NCBI GenBank assembly: GCA_028534125.1
Contig: CM052817.1
Coordinates: 96,164,001-96,228,000, forward strand
Direction: 5' to 3'
DNA length: 64,000 nucleotides
Source of the DNA: Lama glama
Lineage: Eukaryota
Of this stretch, positions 26,201 through 40,700 are shown piece by piece; position 1 is the first letter of the stretch, and the number at the start of each line of letters is the position of its first letter. The position numbers were made by a program, and so were the translations under genes. The notes below the pieces were generated by a model, which saw only the letters and a program-made list of their open reading frames with translations, had not been told where the DNA came from and did no database searches.

Positions 26201-28399
26201 TACAGCTGTGATCAATAAAGTGCTCATGGAGTATGAAGAAATATGGGAGTTTCAGATCTGAGGGATAGATGATAATGCAAAAATACAATGGAGAGAGCTC
26301 ACCTGTCACTCACATCGTGTGTGCCAGAGCAATCTATTTAACCTGCCTGGGTCTCAGTCTCCTCACCTTGAACATTCAAGGGTTGGACAAGGTGAACTCT
26401 TGGTTCATTTCAGCTTTAACATTTCATGCTTCTATGAACACTTGCTTCACAGTTATAATTTCTATTCCAATTTTCACTTTCTTTTCAGTTTATGTCAATA
26501 GTTTGCACAGAGAATTTAGTTATCAGCAAGTACAAGAGTGTTTAAAAATGTGTCATTGATGTGTTATCATATATAATATTTTCAAAAGAAAAAAAGAGAG
26601 AGGATAGAAAATTGAATATTAAATGTAAAGAATCAAATAGGAAAATGAGGCTACTAATTTCTCTTGACCAAACAACAACTTCTTTGGGGTTGTCCTCTAT
26701 ATGGAAAAGTGCTTCATTTTAGGGGGGATGTACACGGAGTAGTGAAGAAAGGAAACACCACTTGGCCACCCCCATCAGCCAAATCAACTCCAGCCATCAG
26801 GAGTTGGAAATGTAGAAATAAAGAGATGGGAAATAAGATCACCACCATACTCATGGATTACATTTTAAAAAGTCAGATGTAAAACAGTATTAAGCCATGT
26901 AGTCAATACTGATGTTGCCTAAGTTAAATACAATTCTCTATAATTATTATAAGCTGGCTGAGAGAATCTGGCCTGATTTTATAGGACAGGCTAAAAGCAA
27001 AATTAAAGAAAAAGATGACATTTTGAAGGTTTTTTTCCCCTCCACATTAACACAACGAGGCCGGCTGAGCTGTGAAACGGTGATGGAAATATTGGAGCTG
27101 TTGTGCCTGAAAAAAAGGCAGTGATCATTTCATTCTTCCTGTCTTTTAATGCTCCAGGGTTTTGGAGACGAATAGGAGCAATAAGTTCACTTTGCAGAAT
27201 TAATGCAGTAATTCTTTATCATAAGAGCAGAGCATTACCTCAATCTGATTTTGCTACAAAATGGTTCAAAGTCTATTTTTAATGATGGCCCTAATTTGTT
27301 AACACCTTTTAAATTATTAATCCCCTTTATATTCAAGTAGTTATTGCATGTCATAACAATGTATCTATGCAGGGAAATTTAATAGTATTTTCTAGATGTC
27401 AAGAAAAGGCTTGTTCTGCAAAATGCTATTAAAACTGATAATGAGCTAAATATTTGCCATAGCAAACACTGAAATTACTATATCAATCAGCATTGGGCTC
27501 TCTTATTCAATAAACAGAAATTAACCTATTAACTATGCCTAACTTTCAGCAACAAAATGGTTGCTTTTGAGCATTTCTCTCCTCTTCAAATCTTTCTTTT
27601 CTTAAAACTACATATTGCCCTATAATATCAGAGTTTTGAATCAAATCCTTAGTATTTACGGTTGAAATTCTGAGGTACATGTGACATAACATCATGAACT
27701 GTTTATGTTAATGACTGCAAATATTTTTACTTTCCTTTTAGACACTGATGTGTAAGAAATAAAAAATACTGTATCTGATAAAGTCAAAAACTCAACCTTT
27801 TAAATCATGTTTCAGAATATTTTCCTGATTTTGAGGATTTTAAACAATTTCTTTCTTATTTTATAAATTATAGGGTTTTATTAAAGCACACCTATAAAAA
27901 TATAATAATGAAAGGTAGTACAAGGGTCTATCATTGGTTATTTATAGCTTTTAGATACTAAAATAAGGATAAAGAATATATTTTTCACACGTGCCCAAAA
28001 TAAAGATGTAGATCCAAAAGCACTTTACACATTATTAAAAACAAAAGAAAGTCAGTCTCAAATCTCTGCTGTGATTTAAGCAGGACAAAACAAATACATT
28101 GTCACATCGTGGGTATGCCTTAGTTCCAATGACTACTTTAGTTACACTCTGGGCTGATAATCAGTGTCACACAAAAATTCATTCAGACACTTCTCTGTTA
28201 TTCCTTATAAAGTTTAAGGAGCTTGTATGTCTTTTAGTTGCTTGAATAATTTCTAAATTTCTAAAAAAAAACCACTGCACATTCTAGGTCATTTAAAATA
28301 ACATTCAAATGATGAACATTAGAAATTACACGTGTAGTTCAACACAATGAAAATAACACGTGCATTATGCTTTAAACTTTCATAAAGCTTCTTGTGTCT

Positions 28400-28530
28400 G
28401 TTGCAACTCCCCTGAAGTGGGCAGGGTATACATCATCTTCATTAAACAGATTAAAAGACAGACCTAGGGAAGTTAGATGATTTGTTCAGCTAGTGGGGGC
28501 ACTGGGAGAAGAATCTAGACGTCTCAAAGT
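28400..28530 (-). mobile_element. MIR fragment
   Basis: ccctgaagtgggcagg...agggaagttagatgatttgttc...gaatctagacgtct. Confidence 0.5.
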
Positions 28531-28537
28531 TATAATT

Positions 28538-28830
28538 CTAGTGGTTTTCAATCTTGGTGACTCCTTAGAAATCACTGAGGGAGCTTTTAAAAAATACCAT
28601 TGTCTGGGTGCCCCCCAATTACTTCCCGTTTAAATACAAATCCCTGGGAATGAGGTCTCTGCATCAGTAGTTTTTAAAAAGCTGACTGAGGATTCTAAGG
28701 TGTACCCTGGGTTGAGAACCCCAGGGAACTCGTCAAAATTCAGATTCTGATCCCGTAGACCTGGGAGGGCCTGAGATGCTGCGTTTCTAAAATACTTCCA
28801 GGTGATGCCCAAATGTTTTGAGTAACAAGG
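28538..28830. mobile_element. MER5-family hAT-Charlie DNA transposon(s)
   Basis: tagtggttttcaatcttgg...gggttgagaaccc TIR-like ends, then a second MER5A half (cagattctgat...ttccaggtgatgcc). Confidence 0.7.
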
Positions 28831-29109
28831 CCATACGTCCTCCTGCACATCGGTTTCTATTACCACCTTGATGCGGAAACTTACATTATCTTCACTTTCT
28901 GAAAAATAGGATATTTTCTATTTAAGGAGTTGAAAGGAAGTATTTCCTTGAGTAGGTCTATAATTTTTTTGACTTAAATAAACTACAATTTGCCTGACAG
29001 AGATATACTCAACTGAATTCCGATCTTTAAGGGGTTCAAACTTAAACATAATCTCAAAAGAGATATCCTCCAAATTCACAAAATTTGGGGTCACTGACCA
29101 AGCAGGACA

Positions 29110-29450
29110 AAGATAGTGGTTCAAAGCATGGATTCTGCAATCAAACCTGTGTTCAGATGCCAGCTCTCACTCACTGCCGAGTCTCCTGATCTTCCTAAAC
29201 CTCAGTTTCCTAATGTGTAAAATGGCAGCACTAGTAATATTGGTTCCTTTATTCAATAAATACATTCAAAGCTACTCAATGCCAGGCACTGATATTTACT
29301 GGAGAATAGGGCAGCCAAGGTCTCTGCCGCCAGTAAGCTCACCTTCACCTAACTTATGATATCTTTGCAGGAATAAAAGAGATACTGCTTAGAAATTGCT
29401 CAGCATGGGAACTAACATGTAAGGGCTCAATAAATGTTAGTCATTATTTT
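29110..29450 (+). mobile_element. MIR SINE with short L2 interruption
   Basis: tagtggttcaaagcatggattctg...cctcagtttcctaatgtgtaaaatgg...gctcaataaatgttag. Confidence 0.7.
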
Positions 29451-29909
29451 ATATTAGCTCTAAGACTTAGCTGTTATTATGTCCAATTAGCACATACTGT
29501 TTTGATATGCTGATAGCCCCAATAAGGACAGGAACCATTGATTAAATATACTAATCATAATTTTGGATACAGAACAGAGCTTACAGGCACATTATGTGAA
29601 TTTGCCCAGGAGCAGAGAGCTTAAGCCTTCATTATTAAGAAATGTGTGGACTTTAGTTCTCCGTTATATGGACAATTTTTGGTCAAAGGCTATATGTTGT
29701 TCAGACGTTTCTAATAAAACTAGTGAGTGTATCTGTAAATGTGCTCAGTAAATTGAAGTAATGGCAATATTGAAAAATCTTGAATGCAAATATATTGATT
29801 AAAGCTTTGCATCTCATTACCTTAGTATTGTTGAAAATGGCTCATTTTATTATGAAATGTTTTTAAAGGAGATTTTCCTTTTTTTTTAAAACATTTTTAA
29901 AGAGAGATA

Positions 29910-31680
29910 GTTTTTTTTTAAAGTTGATGTATAATTGACATATAACATGTTAGTTTCAGGTGTATAACATAATAATTCAGTATCTGTATAAACTGTCAAA
30001 TGGATAAATCTAGTCATTATACAAAGTTACAAATATTTTTTTCTTGTGATAAGAACTTACAAGATTTATTCTCTTAGCAAATTTCAAATATGCACTACAA
30101 TATTATTGACTATAGTCACCATGCTTACATTACATTTCTATGACATTTATTTTATAACTAGAAGATTATACCTCTTGACCCCCTTCACCATCTTGCCCAG
30201 CCCCCAACCTCCCTCACCTCTGGCAACCACCAGTCTTCCTCTGTATCTATTAGTTATGTTTTGTTTTGCTTTGTTTTTTCAAAATTCCACATATAAGTGA
30301 AATCTTATGGTATGTGTCTTACTCTGACTTATTTCAAACAGCAAAATACCCTTGAGGTTCATCCTTATTATCAGAAATGGCAAGATTTTTAAAATTATTT
30401 TTTATGGCTGAGCAATATATTTATCACATCTTTATCCATTCAGCCATCTATGGACCCTTAGGCTGTTTCTATATCTTGTCTACTGTAAACAATGCTACAA
30501 TGAACATAGGGGTACATGTCACTTTTTGGATTATTGTTTTTATTTTCCTCAGATAAATACCTAGAAGTGGAATTTCTGGATCATTTCGTAGTTTTATTTT
30601 TACTTTTTGGAGAACCTCCACACTGCTTTTCACAGTGACTGAATCATTTTACATTCCCACCAACAGTGTATCTGGGTTTCCTTTTCTTTACATCCTTGCC
30701 AGCACTTGTTATTCCTTGTCTTTCATCGATGTCTTTCAGTATACAGTTCTTTTACCTCCTTGGTGAAATTTACTCCTAGGTATTAAATTTTTGTTAAAAA
30801 ATTTTTATTGAAGTATAGTTGACTTACAATGTGTTTGTTTCAAGTGTACAGCAACGTGATTCAGTTATACATATATACATATATATATTCTTTTTCAGAA
30901 TCTTTTCCATTATAGGTTATTAGAAGATATTGAATATAGTTCCTGTGCTATACAGTAGGTCCTTTTTGTTTATCTGTTTTATATATGCAGTGTGTATCTG
31001 TTAATCCTAAACTCCTAACTTATCCCTCCCTCCACTAGATATTAACTTCTTTTTGATTCAATTAGCAACGGGATTATTTCTTAATTTCTCTTTCTGATAG
31101 TTTGTTATTGCTGTGTAGAAACACAACAGATTTCAGTATATGAATTTTGTATCCTGCAACTTTCCTGAATAATTTATTAATTCTAAGAGGGTCTTTTTTT
31201 TTTTTTGGTGGAATCTTCAGAGTTTTCTATATCATTTTCAGAATAATATTATCTGCAAATAGTGAGTTTTACTTTTTTATTATTTGGATGCATTTATTTC
31301 TTTTTCTTGCCTAATTGCTATGGCTAGGACTTCCAAAAGTATGTTGAATAAAAATGGGGAGAGTGGCCATCCTTGTCTTTTCCCTGATCTTAGAGGAAAG
31401 CTTTTCACCATTGAGTCTAATTAGCTATGGGATTGTCATATTAAGTTGAGGTGTGTTACTTCTAATCACAATTCATTAAGAGTTTTTTTTTATCATGATG
31501 GATATTGAATTTTGTCAAATGCTTTTTCTGCATCTATTAAGATGAACCTATGATTTTTATTCTTCATTTTGTAATGTGATGTATCAGGTTGATTGAGTTG
31601 CAGATATTGAACCATCCTTGCATCACTGGAATAACACTCACTAGGTCATGGTAAATGACCATTTTAATGTATTTTTTTTT
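29910..31680 (-). mobile_element. Older L1 (L1MA9-like) 3' end and ORF2 fragment with an internal deletion near 30720
   Basis: 3'UTR antisense (aagatttattctcttagcaaatttcaaatatgc); ORF2 antisense (ccatccttgtctttt..ctgatcttagaggaaagc, tcaaatgctttttctgcatctatt). Confidence 0.85.
30787..31034 (-). mobile_element. Younger L1 3' end nested in the older L1
   Basis: TSD ctaggtattaa (30776-30786) / ctagatattaa (31035-31045); tttttattgaagtatagttgacttacaatgtg. Confidence 0.82.
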
Positions 31681-32129
31681 TAGCTACTTTTAAGATCTTT
31701 GCTTTATCTTTAGTATTCTGTAGTTTTATTCTGATGTTTCCAAATTGTAGATTCCTTTCTATTTAGTTTGCTTCACGTATTTGTTCTTCTTATATCTGAG
31801 CATTCATCAGTTGGCAATTCTCAGTTATTATTGCTTTAGGTGTTGCCTCACTTCCCTTTTCACATTATATAACTCCAATTATTGTATGTTGGGCATTTTT
31901 ACTCTATTCTTCATGATTCTTAACCATTTGTCTATATTATCTTTGTCTTTTGTCCATTAACATACTCTCTACCAGTGTTTTTTTTTTCAGTTTATCAGTT
32001 CTCTGTTGAGCTGAATTTCCTCTGATGCTTAGCACAACCATTGAGGTTTTAAAAATATTTTATTCTTGATCACATTAATTCATCCTTTTCATATACCTTT
32101 AACTTTCCTTTTTACTTTTTTTGATTTTG

Positions 32130-33340
32130 GGTACACACTTGGTAAATCCAACCTTTGTGAAGTTCAACTATCTTCATACTGGGTGCCTTGTACCAAAAAA
32201 ATAGCTTGACTTGGTTTGAAGGAAACCACAACCATGCTGACTGGTCTTTACATTCATGAACACTAACCTCAAGTGGCCCATTAGATTTGCCTTGGAATAG
32301 TCATGAATTGATGTAGTCCACATACTCTTTCATTCTCCTAGAAAATGATTTCAATATTTTCTCTTTTTTCCTAAAACTTCCTATCTGACTGCTAGATAAT
32401 GTTTCTTATTTCACTAAGAAAACTGGGGCAATTAAAAGATAACTTTGATAAACTTCCAATATATCTACTCACCTTACTTGTCTTGTGCCCATACTCCTGT
32501 TTCAATGGAGATGTGTCCATGCTGCTGTCAAGGGCCAACCCTGCTATTTGTGCAGTAGATCCCATTCCCCCCTTTCCTAAACAAGAGCATTGCTCCAATT
32601 ATCCTCTCTTTTTCTCCAAATTTCTTCCCTCTCTGTTGAATTATTCCTACCTTACACATCAATTAACTCTGGGACTATCCTATCACTTGTTTTCTTGCTC
32701 ACTCCTCTTAAGCCAAAATGACTCCTTTGCTGTTCCTCAAGTACAAGAACATCCTCTTTTAAGCCCTTGGATATTTTCCTTATTTTTTTTGACAGCTTAG
32801 TCATTCATTTTTAAGGTTAAAAATTTTTGTTGTATATTTCAATGGAAATAAAGTGTCTCATGGATGCATAGTCCTCTGTGCTCTTTCCTGTCCTCTAATG
32901 CTAGCTCTTTTAAATCTCAACTTTTAGAGTGAGATTGTAGAGTGTAGAGTGACCTCATTTTTCTTTTCTCTTATGCTCTCTCAAGGTTACTTCATGAAGT
33001 ACCACTGCTTCAAATATTATATGTAAGTTATGACTCTAAATGTGTATCTGCAGCCCAGTCCTCCCCTCTGAGCTCCAGACTTACATACTAACTCCTGCTT
33101 CAAATCTAGTTGAGAATCTAAAAAACATCTTAAATGTCTAAGATAATACATCCAAAATAGAACCCTTGGTTTTTCCCCAGTGAAAATAGTGTCTACAAGT
33201 CAACATTTTAAGAATTCTCTTTTATTTCTCTTTGTTATTCATCCTCAAATATAATCCATCACCAAGTCTTGGTTTTGTATAAAAATACATCTTAAATCTG
33301 TTTACTTCTCTTTATCACTACATCTGTGTTACCACCTTGA
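32130..33340 (+). mobile_element. L2 LINE fragments
   Basis: Pyrimidine-rich L2 body (tgtgcagtagatcccattccccc, tctgcagcccagtcctcccctctgagctccagact). Confidence 0.65.
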
Positions 33341-34628
33341 TAACAACCAAATTCTCAGAGAGGGACAGAATTTCATTATGTCCTTTAGCCTTTCTTTTAA
33401 CTCAATTTTTCTTTTGGTAGGAATTAAGTTGAAAAAATCTCCTTTCCACTTTGCTTTCTGTATTCAGCATGCTTAGGTTCTTACAGATTCTCTGTTGCTG
33501 AGAAGCAGCTGCACATGTACATACATCAAATAGCAACTTCCATACCCACATTCAGGCACAACTATATCTTATGTCTGCATTCATACAGATGTGAATACAC
33601 ATTCAACATCAGGACAGAAATAGACTACATAATTTTTGAGTTAATTTTTCAAAATGATGGGCAACAAATAACTATTTTGTAAAAAGCAGTTCTGAAATGC
33701 TGTTCTAAGATTTGTAGGCTGGGCAGCAACAACTTTGAATGATTAAAGGAGGAACTTGAAATCTGAAGTGTATTTGGTCTCAATGTAACCTGGTTAGAAT
33801 CACTATAAATATAATGTATAAACATCAGAATAAAACAGATGTCTCAGTCCACAATTATTATGTGAGGACTTTTGAAAATCATTTTATAATCATTTATTGT
33901 CAACCTCAGTGGAATATTTCCTGGTTATAATTTGTAGCATTTCTCTATATTTTGGTTCCTTTCAATTAATTTCTGAATTATCCCAAATAATTTCTAACTC
34001 TCTCGGTGTTTAGGTATAGCTTGAAACTATAAACAAAGAGGAGCAGTAATTTTTCAAAGGAATTCACTGTAGCTTAGAAAAATTCTTGAAACAGTATTGT
34101 AAATTGAATTCAAGCAAAATATGTGGCACATTCTTAAACTAGATTCATTGGTAAACATTGTATAATAGTTGAGATATATCCATAATTTAAAATATTGACT
34201 AAATTTAATATTTTAAATAAAAGATGATATGATTTTCTGTTTAAATTTCTGTTCTTTTAGCTATTACAGTCTGGGACTTTAGAACAGATTAGAATTAGAT
34301 TAGATTTGGCTTTATCTGGCTGAGTCTGGGCATCGCTACATTTATCCCATAGTCACTGGCTCTCAGCTATTGGTAAAACTGCCAAGGGCTCATTTTACTT
34401 CCTTTACATTGGTTCTGAATCTCTTCTTAATGGAAGACTACCCTGGAAGCTAGTCAAAATAAGATTGAATTTATAGGTTTTCATGTAGAATGGAACCACC
34501 TGCTATTTCCACTGCTTTTAGGGCCTCTTATAACTAGATAGCTGAAGCTAGAAAGTGAATCTTAAATTCAATACTACATTCAAATAATCTTTTTGTGATA
34601 AGATGTTATATTTCACCCCCACCTCATC

Positions 34629-35128
34629 NNNNNNNNNNNNNNNNNNNNNNNNNNNNNNNNNNNNNNNNNNNNNNNNNNNNNNNNNNNNNNNNNNNNNNNN
34701 NNNNNNNNNNNNNNNNNNNNNNNNNNNNNNNNNNNNNNNNNNNNNNNNNNNNNNNNNNNNNNNNNNNNNNNNNNNNNNNNNNNNNNNNNNNNNNNNNNNN
34801 NNNNNNNNNNNNNNNNNNNNNNNNNNNNNNNNNNNNNNNNNNNNNNNNNNNNNNNNNNNNNNNNNNNNNNNNNNNNNNNNNNNNNNNNNNNNNNNNNNNN
34901 NNNNNNNNNNNNNNNNNNNNNNNNNNNNNNNNNNNNNNNNNNNNNNNNNNNNNNNNNNNNNNNNNNNNNNNNNNNNNNNNNNNNNNNNNNNNNNNNNNNN
35001 NNNNNNNNNNNNNNNNNNNNNNNNNNNNNNNNNNNNNNNNNNNNNNNNNNNNNNNNNNNNNNNNNNNNNNNNNNNNNNNNNNNNNNNNNNNNNNNNNNNN
35101 NNNNNNNNNNNNNNNNNNNNNNNNNNNN
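34629..35128. other. Assembly gap (500 N)
   Basis: Run of exactly 500 N. Confidence 1.
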
Positions 35129-36229
35129 TTCTTTCAATAGTCCTGTACAGTTGGAATGATTTGCTCATATAATAAATTAGAAAATGAAGATCAGATAGTA
35201 AATGGTTGGACTTGTATTAGAAGTCACATCTCTTGTGTCTCACTACAGATATTATCTCTTGATTCCATCCCAGGGTATCAGAGCTTATGGATTTGCATGA
35301 GTCTCACAAACATAAAAATATCCTGGCAATCTTGGAGTAGAAGATTTATATTAGTCAGATAAACTTTGTGTAGTTTACTAGTCAGATAGATGTGCATGTG
35401 CAACATAAACAATACAAGGAAGGCAACGATTTATAAAGGTAAAGAAAATGTCAGCAGACATACTTTGTTATAAAAATACATCCTTCGTAACGAGAAATGA
35501 GAGTACAAAAATTGCTAGATTGGATTTTCTGGTATTACATAACTTTATATTTTTCCCAATCAAAAATATATAGAATTCAAATATATAGATTATATCATAT
35601 TGAAATGAGTTCAATTTTTATATTAACCTCAAGAAATGGGATTAAAAGAATCAAGCTCTCAACAGAAGATTATTGTTTTAAAAGAGTCTTGGAGCAAGAT
35701 TTTGAAACCAAAATAAAAAATAGGATGCAACTCCAAAATCCATAAACAAATGATGGTTGAAAAAGTGTAATTTTATAGTTTAAGATTAAAATCTTGAAAT
35801 GCACATGACAAACAAATCAGTAGACTGTAAAGTTTGCTTGGCACAATGTAAGGTTAATATAAGGATTGTATTCTGAAAGACTTATTCAATAAAAGCAAGC
35901 ATTATATAAAACCAACTCACTATATTTTGAGTTCAGTAGGACTTCATTACAAGCAAGATTCACCAACATGCTGCTTCAATACTGTATTACCTCGAATTAT
36001 TCACCTCTGATGTAGGACTACCAGAAAATGAAATTTTATCACAGTAGTATTTTGAAATGTTTTCACTTCGCTATCCTTAGAAAATGAAATACACCTGGCT
36101 GTGCACATGGAGTGCCTCTCTACAGAAGTCTTTTTATGCAGGTATGGATTATTGAAGAAATTCGGTGGTAGTAGAAATTCAACGGTAAACTAGATGAGAA
36201 TTTTGATAGCTAAGAGAAAACCTTTATTT

Positions 36230-36447
36230 TTCAAAATTTATTTTTTATAGAGATACCATTGGTTTATAGCATTTTCTAAGTTTCATGTGTACAAATTATA
36301 GTTCTACTTCTGTATGCCCTGCATCGTGAACACCACCAAAAATTTAGTTTCCATCTATCATGATATAGTTGATTCCTTTACCCATCTTGCCCTTCCACCC
36401 ATTCCTGTCCTTCTGGTAACCACTACTCTGTTCTCTGTATCTATGTG
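36230..36447 (-). mobile_element. L1 3' end fragment
   Basis: caccaccaaaaatttagtttccatc...ctggtaaccactactctgttctctgtatctatg. Confidence 0.75.
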
Positions 36448-37749
36448 AGAAAATCTGGACTATCAATTTTCAGTAAACGAAAGTCTAAAGTGACAACCAC
36501 AAGCAAATCTCCAGGCCAACTGCTGCAAAAAAGAAAAGAAACTGAAAAACAAAACAAAGGCAGCTATTAAGCATGCTGTTTGGCTAATTAAAACATGGCA
36601 GTGACTTTTTTTTAGATGTAATAACCCCATTTATAAGTGGATCTTGTGGTACAACTGTCAATTACAAATTCCATACCTTTATTTTTACTTCTACAAACTG
36701 ATTTCTGACATCCTGATTTAAGACATGTGGAAGACACTGAAACTTTAATACTTTGTAGTACATTTTTTCACTCTTTTTACACAATACTGAAGTCTTATCT
36801 GGTTTCCTAATAGTCCCTTCCCCTCCACTTTAGTGCAGAAAGTGACCACTTTTAAAATAGATTATTGAGTTCATTATTTTATAGATATTAAATATTATAT
36901 CATGGTCATTTGTATGGAAAATGTTACTATTTAAAATTGATGGTTGTTGAAAATGCATTGATTATCAAGAGAAAGGAAAAGTCAAATAATAATAAGATAA
37001 AATGTCTGTTAATTATATTCTGTTACTTAAGAAATAAAATATTTATTATGTACTTATTATGACATTAGTCTGTTGGGGAAACACACAGAGAAATAAATTT
37101 GGGAATACCACATTCAATGCAACAACTACACCATTGTTTTGTTTAATAAGAAATGGTAGTGACTGATTTTCTTACATCAATGTAATATACTCCATAATGT
37201 AAAACGCTGTCCATTATAATGTTTTGTTGTTTTTAAAACTGCCCTGTAATACCTACAGGGAAATGTCTATAAGAATAGAAAATGACAAATAAAACTAATT
37301 TATTCTGTAATTATTTCTCTGCTATGAATGACTACGTAGAATAGAATATAAGAGCCCGGAGGCGAGGAATTTTATTTTATTTAAATTGGCCAAACTTTTA
37401 ATCACCATAGGTACTCAAGTTAACATCAGCAAAAGAAGAAAAAAGTTTTGGATTCAAACAGATAACCTCAAAAGAACTTATAAACACAGAAACTCATGTG
37501 GTCCAGTTTCTGAGTTTTGACACAGGAGAGGAAACAGAGTCCAACAATAAAAGCAGTTGAAGTATAATTCAATGTCTTGCACTTTTGAGGTATAATCAAA
37601 GGGGATTCATTCACAATCCAACATACCACATCTTCTCCCATTTCCTTCATTATACATTCCTTTACACTTGCCACATCTCCCCAAAACTTCACACAAACCT
37701 TCTGTCTTTTCTCTCTCTTGCTCAGCATCTTAGCTTTTATCCTCACTCA

Positions 37750-40700
37750 TATATCCAGTTTCTGTATATTGATTTTGTATGCTGCAATTTTACTGAATTT
37801 ATTATTAATTCTAAGAGATTTTGGTGCAGTCTTCAGGATTTCCTCTATATTAGGATCACATCATCTGCAAATAGTGACAGTTTTACTTCTTTCTTTCCTA
37901 TTTGAGTGCTTTTTATTTATTTTTCTTGTCTAATTCCCATGGCTACTAGTTTTAATACCATGTTGAAAAAAAGTGGAGAGTCGACCATCTTGCATCATTC
38001 CCGATCTTAGAGGAAAAGATTCAGCTTCTCACCATTGAGTATGAAGTTAGCTGTGGGCTTGTCATATTTGGCCTTTATTATGTTGAGGTAGGTACTCTCT
38101 GTACTCACTTTATTGAGAGTTTTTATCATGAATGATATTGAATTTTGTCCAATGTTTTTTCTGCATCTACTGAGATGATCTTATGCTTTTTATCCTTCAT
38201 CTTGTTAATGTGGTATAACACATTGATTGATTTGCAGATGTTGAATCACCCTTGCATACCTGGAATAAATCCCAGTAGCTTACAATGTATATGCTTCTTA
38301 TTGTATTGTTAAATTCAATTTGCTAATATTTTGCTGAAGATTTATACATCTATGCTCATCAGGGATATTGGTGTGTAATTTTGTATGATATCCTTTTTTG
38401 GTTTTGGTGTCAGGGTAATGTTAGCCTTGTAAAATGTGTTTGGGAGCACTCCTCCTCTTGAATTTTTTGGAAGAGTTTGAGAAGAATAGGTATCAAATCT
38501 TTGAATGTTTGATAGAATTAATTAGCAAGGCTTTCTAGTCCTAGACTTGTTTGTCGGGAGGTTTTTGATACTGATTCAGTCTCCTTACTAGTAATTGGTT
38601 TATTCATATTTTCTATGTCTTCATAATTCAGTTTTGGAAGATTGTATTTTTCTAGGAGTTTACTCATTTCTTATCCATTGTCCAGTTTATTGGTGCATAA
38701 TTATTCATAGTATTTTCTTATGATTTTTTTGTATTTTTTAAATTAGTTATAACTTCTTTTTCACTTCTCATTTTATTTATTTGAGCCCTCTCTTTTTTTA
38801 GTGTACCTAAAGTTTTGTCAATTTTGTTTCTTCTTTCAAAGAACCAACTTTTAGCTTCATTGATCTTTTTCTAGTGCTTTTTTAGTCTCTATTTCACTCA
38901 TTTCTGTTCTGATTTATTATTTCCTTCTTTCTACTAACTTTGGACTTCATTTGTCTTCTTTATCTAGTTCCTTCAAGTTAAAAGTTTATTTATTTGAGAT
39001 TTTTCTTGTTTCTTGATGTGGGCCTATGTTGCTATGAACTTTCCTCTTAGAACTACTTACGCTGCATCCCATAGATTTTGGTATGTTGTATTTCTATTTT
39101 CATTTGTCTCTGTTTAATTTTTTCCCCTTTGATTTCTTCACGATTCATTGGTTGTTTAGTAGCATAATGTTTAATCTCACCTATTCGTGTTTTTTTTTTC
39201 AGTTTTCATCTTTAAATTAATTTCTAGTTTCATACCAGTGTTGTTGAAAAAGGTTCTTGATATGACTGCAGTCTTCTTAAATGTATTGAGACTTGTGTTG
39301 TGGCTTAACATATGCTCTATCCTGGAGAATGTTCCATATGCTCTTGAGAGGAATGTGTATTCTGCTGCTTTTGGATGGAATGTTTGCTATATATCTATTA
39401 ATTTCATAAGGTCTAACGTGTTGTTAAAGGCTGATGTTTTCTTATTAATTTCCATATGAATGATATATCCCTTGATATAAGTGGGATTTTCAAGTCACCT
39501 ATTATAATTGTATTACATCAAAATCTTCCTTTAGGTGTGTTAATATTTGTTTTATTATTTAGGTGATCTTATGCTGGGAGCATAAATATTTAAAAATGTC
39601 AAATGGTCTTGTTGGATTGACCCTTTTATCATTATGTAATGCTCTTCTTTGTCTTTTATTACTTTCTTTGTTTTAAAGCCAGTTTTTGTCTGGTATAAGT
39701 ACAGCTACACCAGCTATTTTTTGGTTTCTATTTCCATGGAAAATACTTTTCCATCCCTTCATTTTTAGACTGTGTATGTCCTTAGATATGAAGTGAGTCT
39801 CTTGTAGATTAGCTGATTTTTCTTATCCATTTAGCCACTCTATGTCTTTCTATTAAAGAATTTAATACATTTACATTTAAAGTAATTTTGATAAATATGT
39901 ACGTATTATTTTCTAGCTGTTTTTATAGTTCCTTTCTGTTCATTTCTTCTCTTGTTCTCTTCCCTTATGATTTGATAAATTTCTTTAGTGTTATGCTTAG
40001 ATTCCTTTCTTTATCTTTCGTGTATCTGCTGTAGGGTTTCACATTTTTGTTACTGTGAGGCTCACATATAACAGTTTTTATATATAGCAGCCTTTTATAT
40101 TGGCAGCAACTTAAATTTGAACACATAGTAAAAATTCTACATTATTACTCCTCCATCCCTCATTTTACGTTTTTGATATTATATTTTAAATCTTATTTTT
40201 GTATCTTTTAACTGTGGTAACTTATTTTTGTATCCCTTAATTATGGTAGTTATAATTAATTTTATTACTTGTGTATTTTAACCTTCACATTAGTTTATAA
40301 GTGGTTAACTTGCTGTCCTTGCTATATATTTGCATTTACCAGTGAGATTTATACTTTCACATATTGCTTCCTATCAGGTAGTGTCTTTTCTTGCAGCACA
40401 AATAAAATCTTTTAAAATTTCTTAGAGCCTTTTCAACTAAAATAAGACCCTAGTGGTGATAAACTGTATCTTTTGCTTGTATGGAAACTCTTTATCTCTC
40501 CTTGCATTCTGATGATAACTTTTCTCAGTAGAGTATTATTGGTTGGATGTTCTTTCTTTTCAGCACTTTGTATATATCATGTCACTCCCTTTTGGCCTGC
40601 AAATTGTTTTTTTCTTACTGCTTTTATGATTCTCTCTTTAACTTAAGACATTTTAATTATAATGTATTCTGAGTGGATCTCTTTGAGTTCTTCTTATTTG

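Noticed and set aside
32399..32800. 133-aa ORF (also the 135-aa ORF at 56489-56896)
   Set aside because: Both lie within decayed L2/L1 sequence; the Leu/Phe/Ser-rich composition reflects pyrimidine bias
34185..34218. 12-bp inverted repeat atttaaaatatt / aatattttaaat
   Set aside because: A/T-only stem in very AT-rich DNA; expected by chance
34548..35172. Four long ORFs (174-206 aa) in the ORF track
   Set aside because: Artefacts of translating through the 500-N gap
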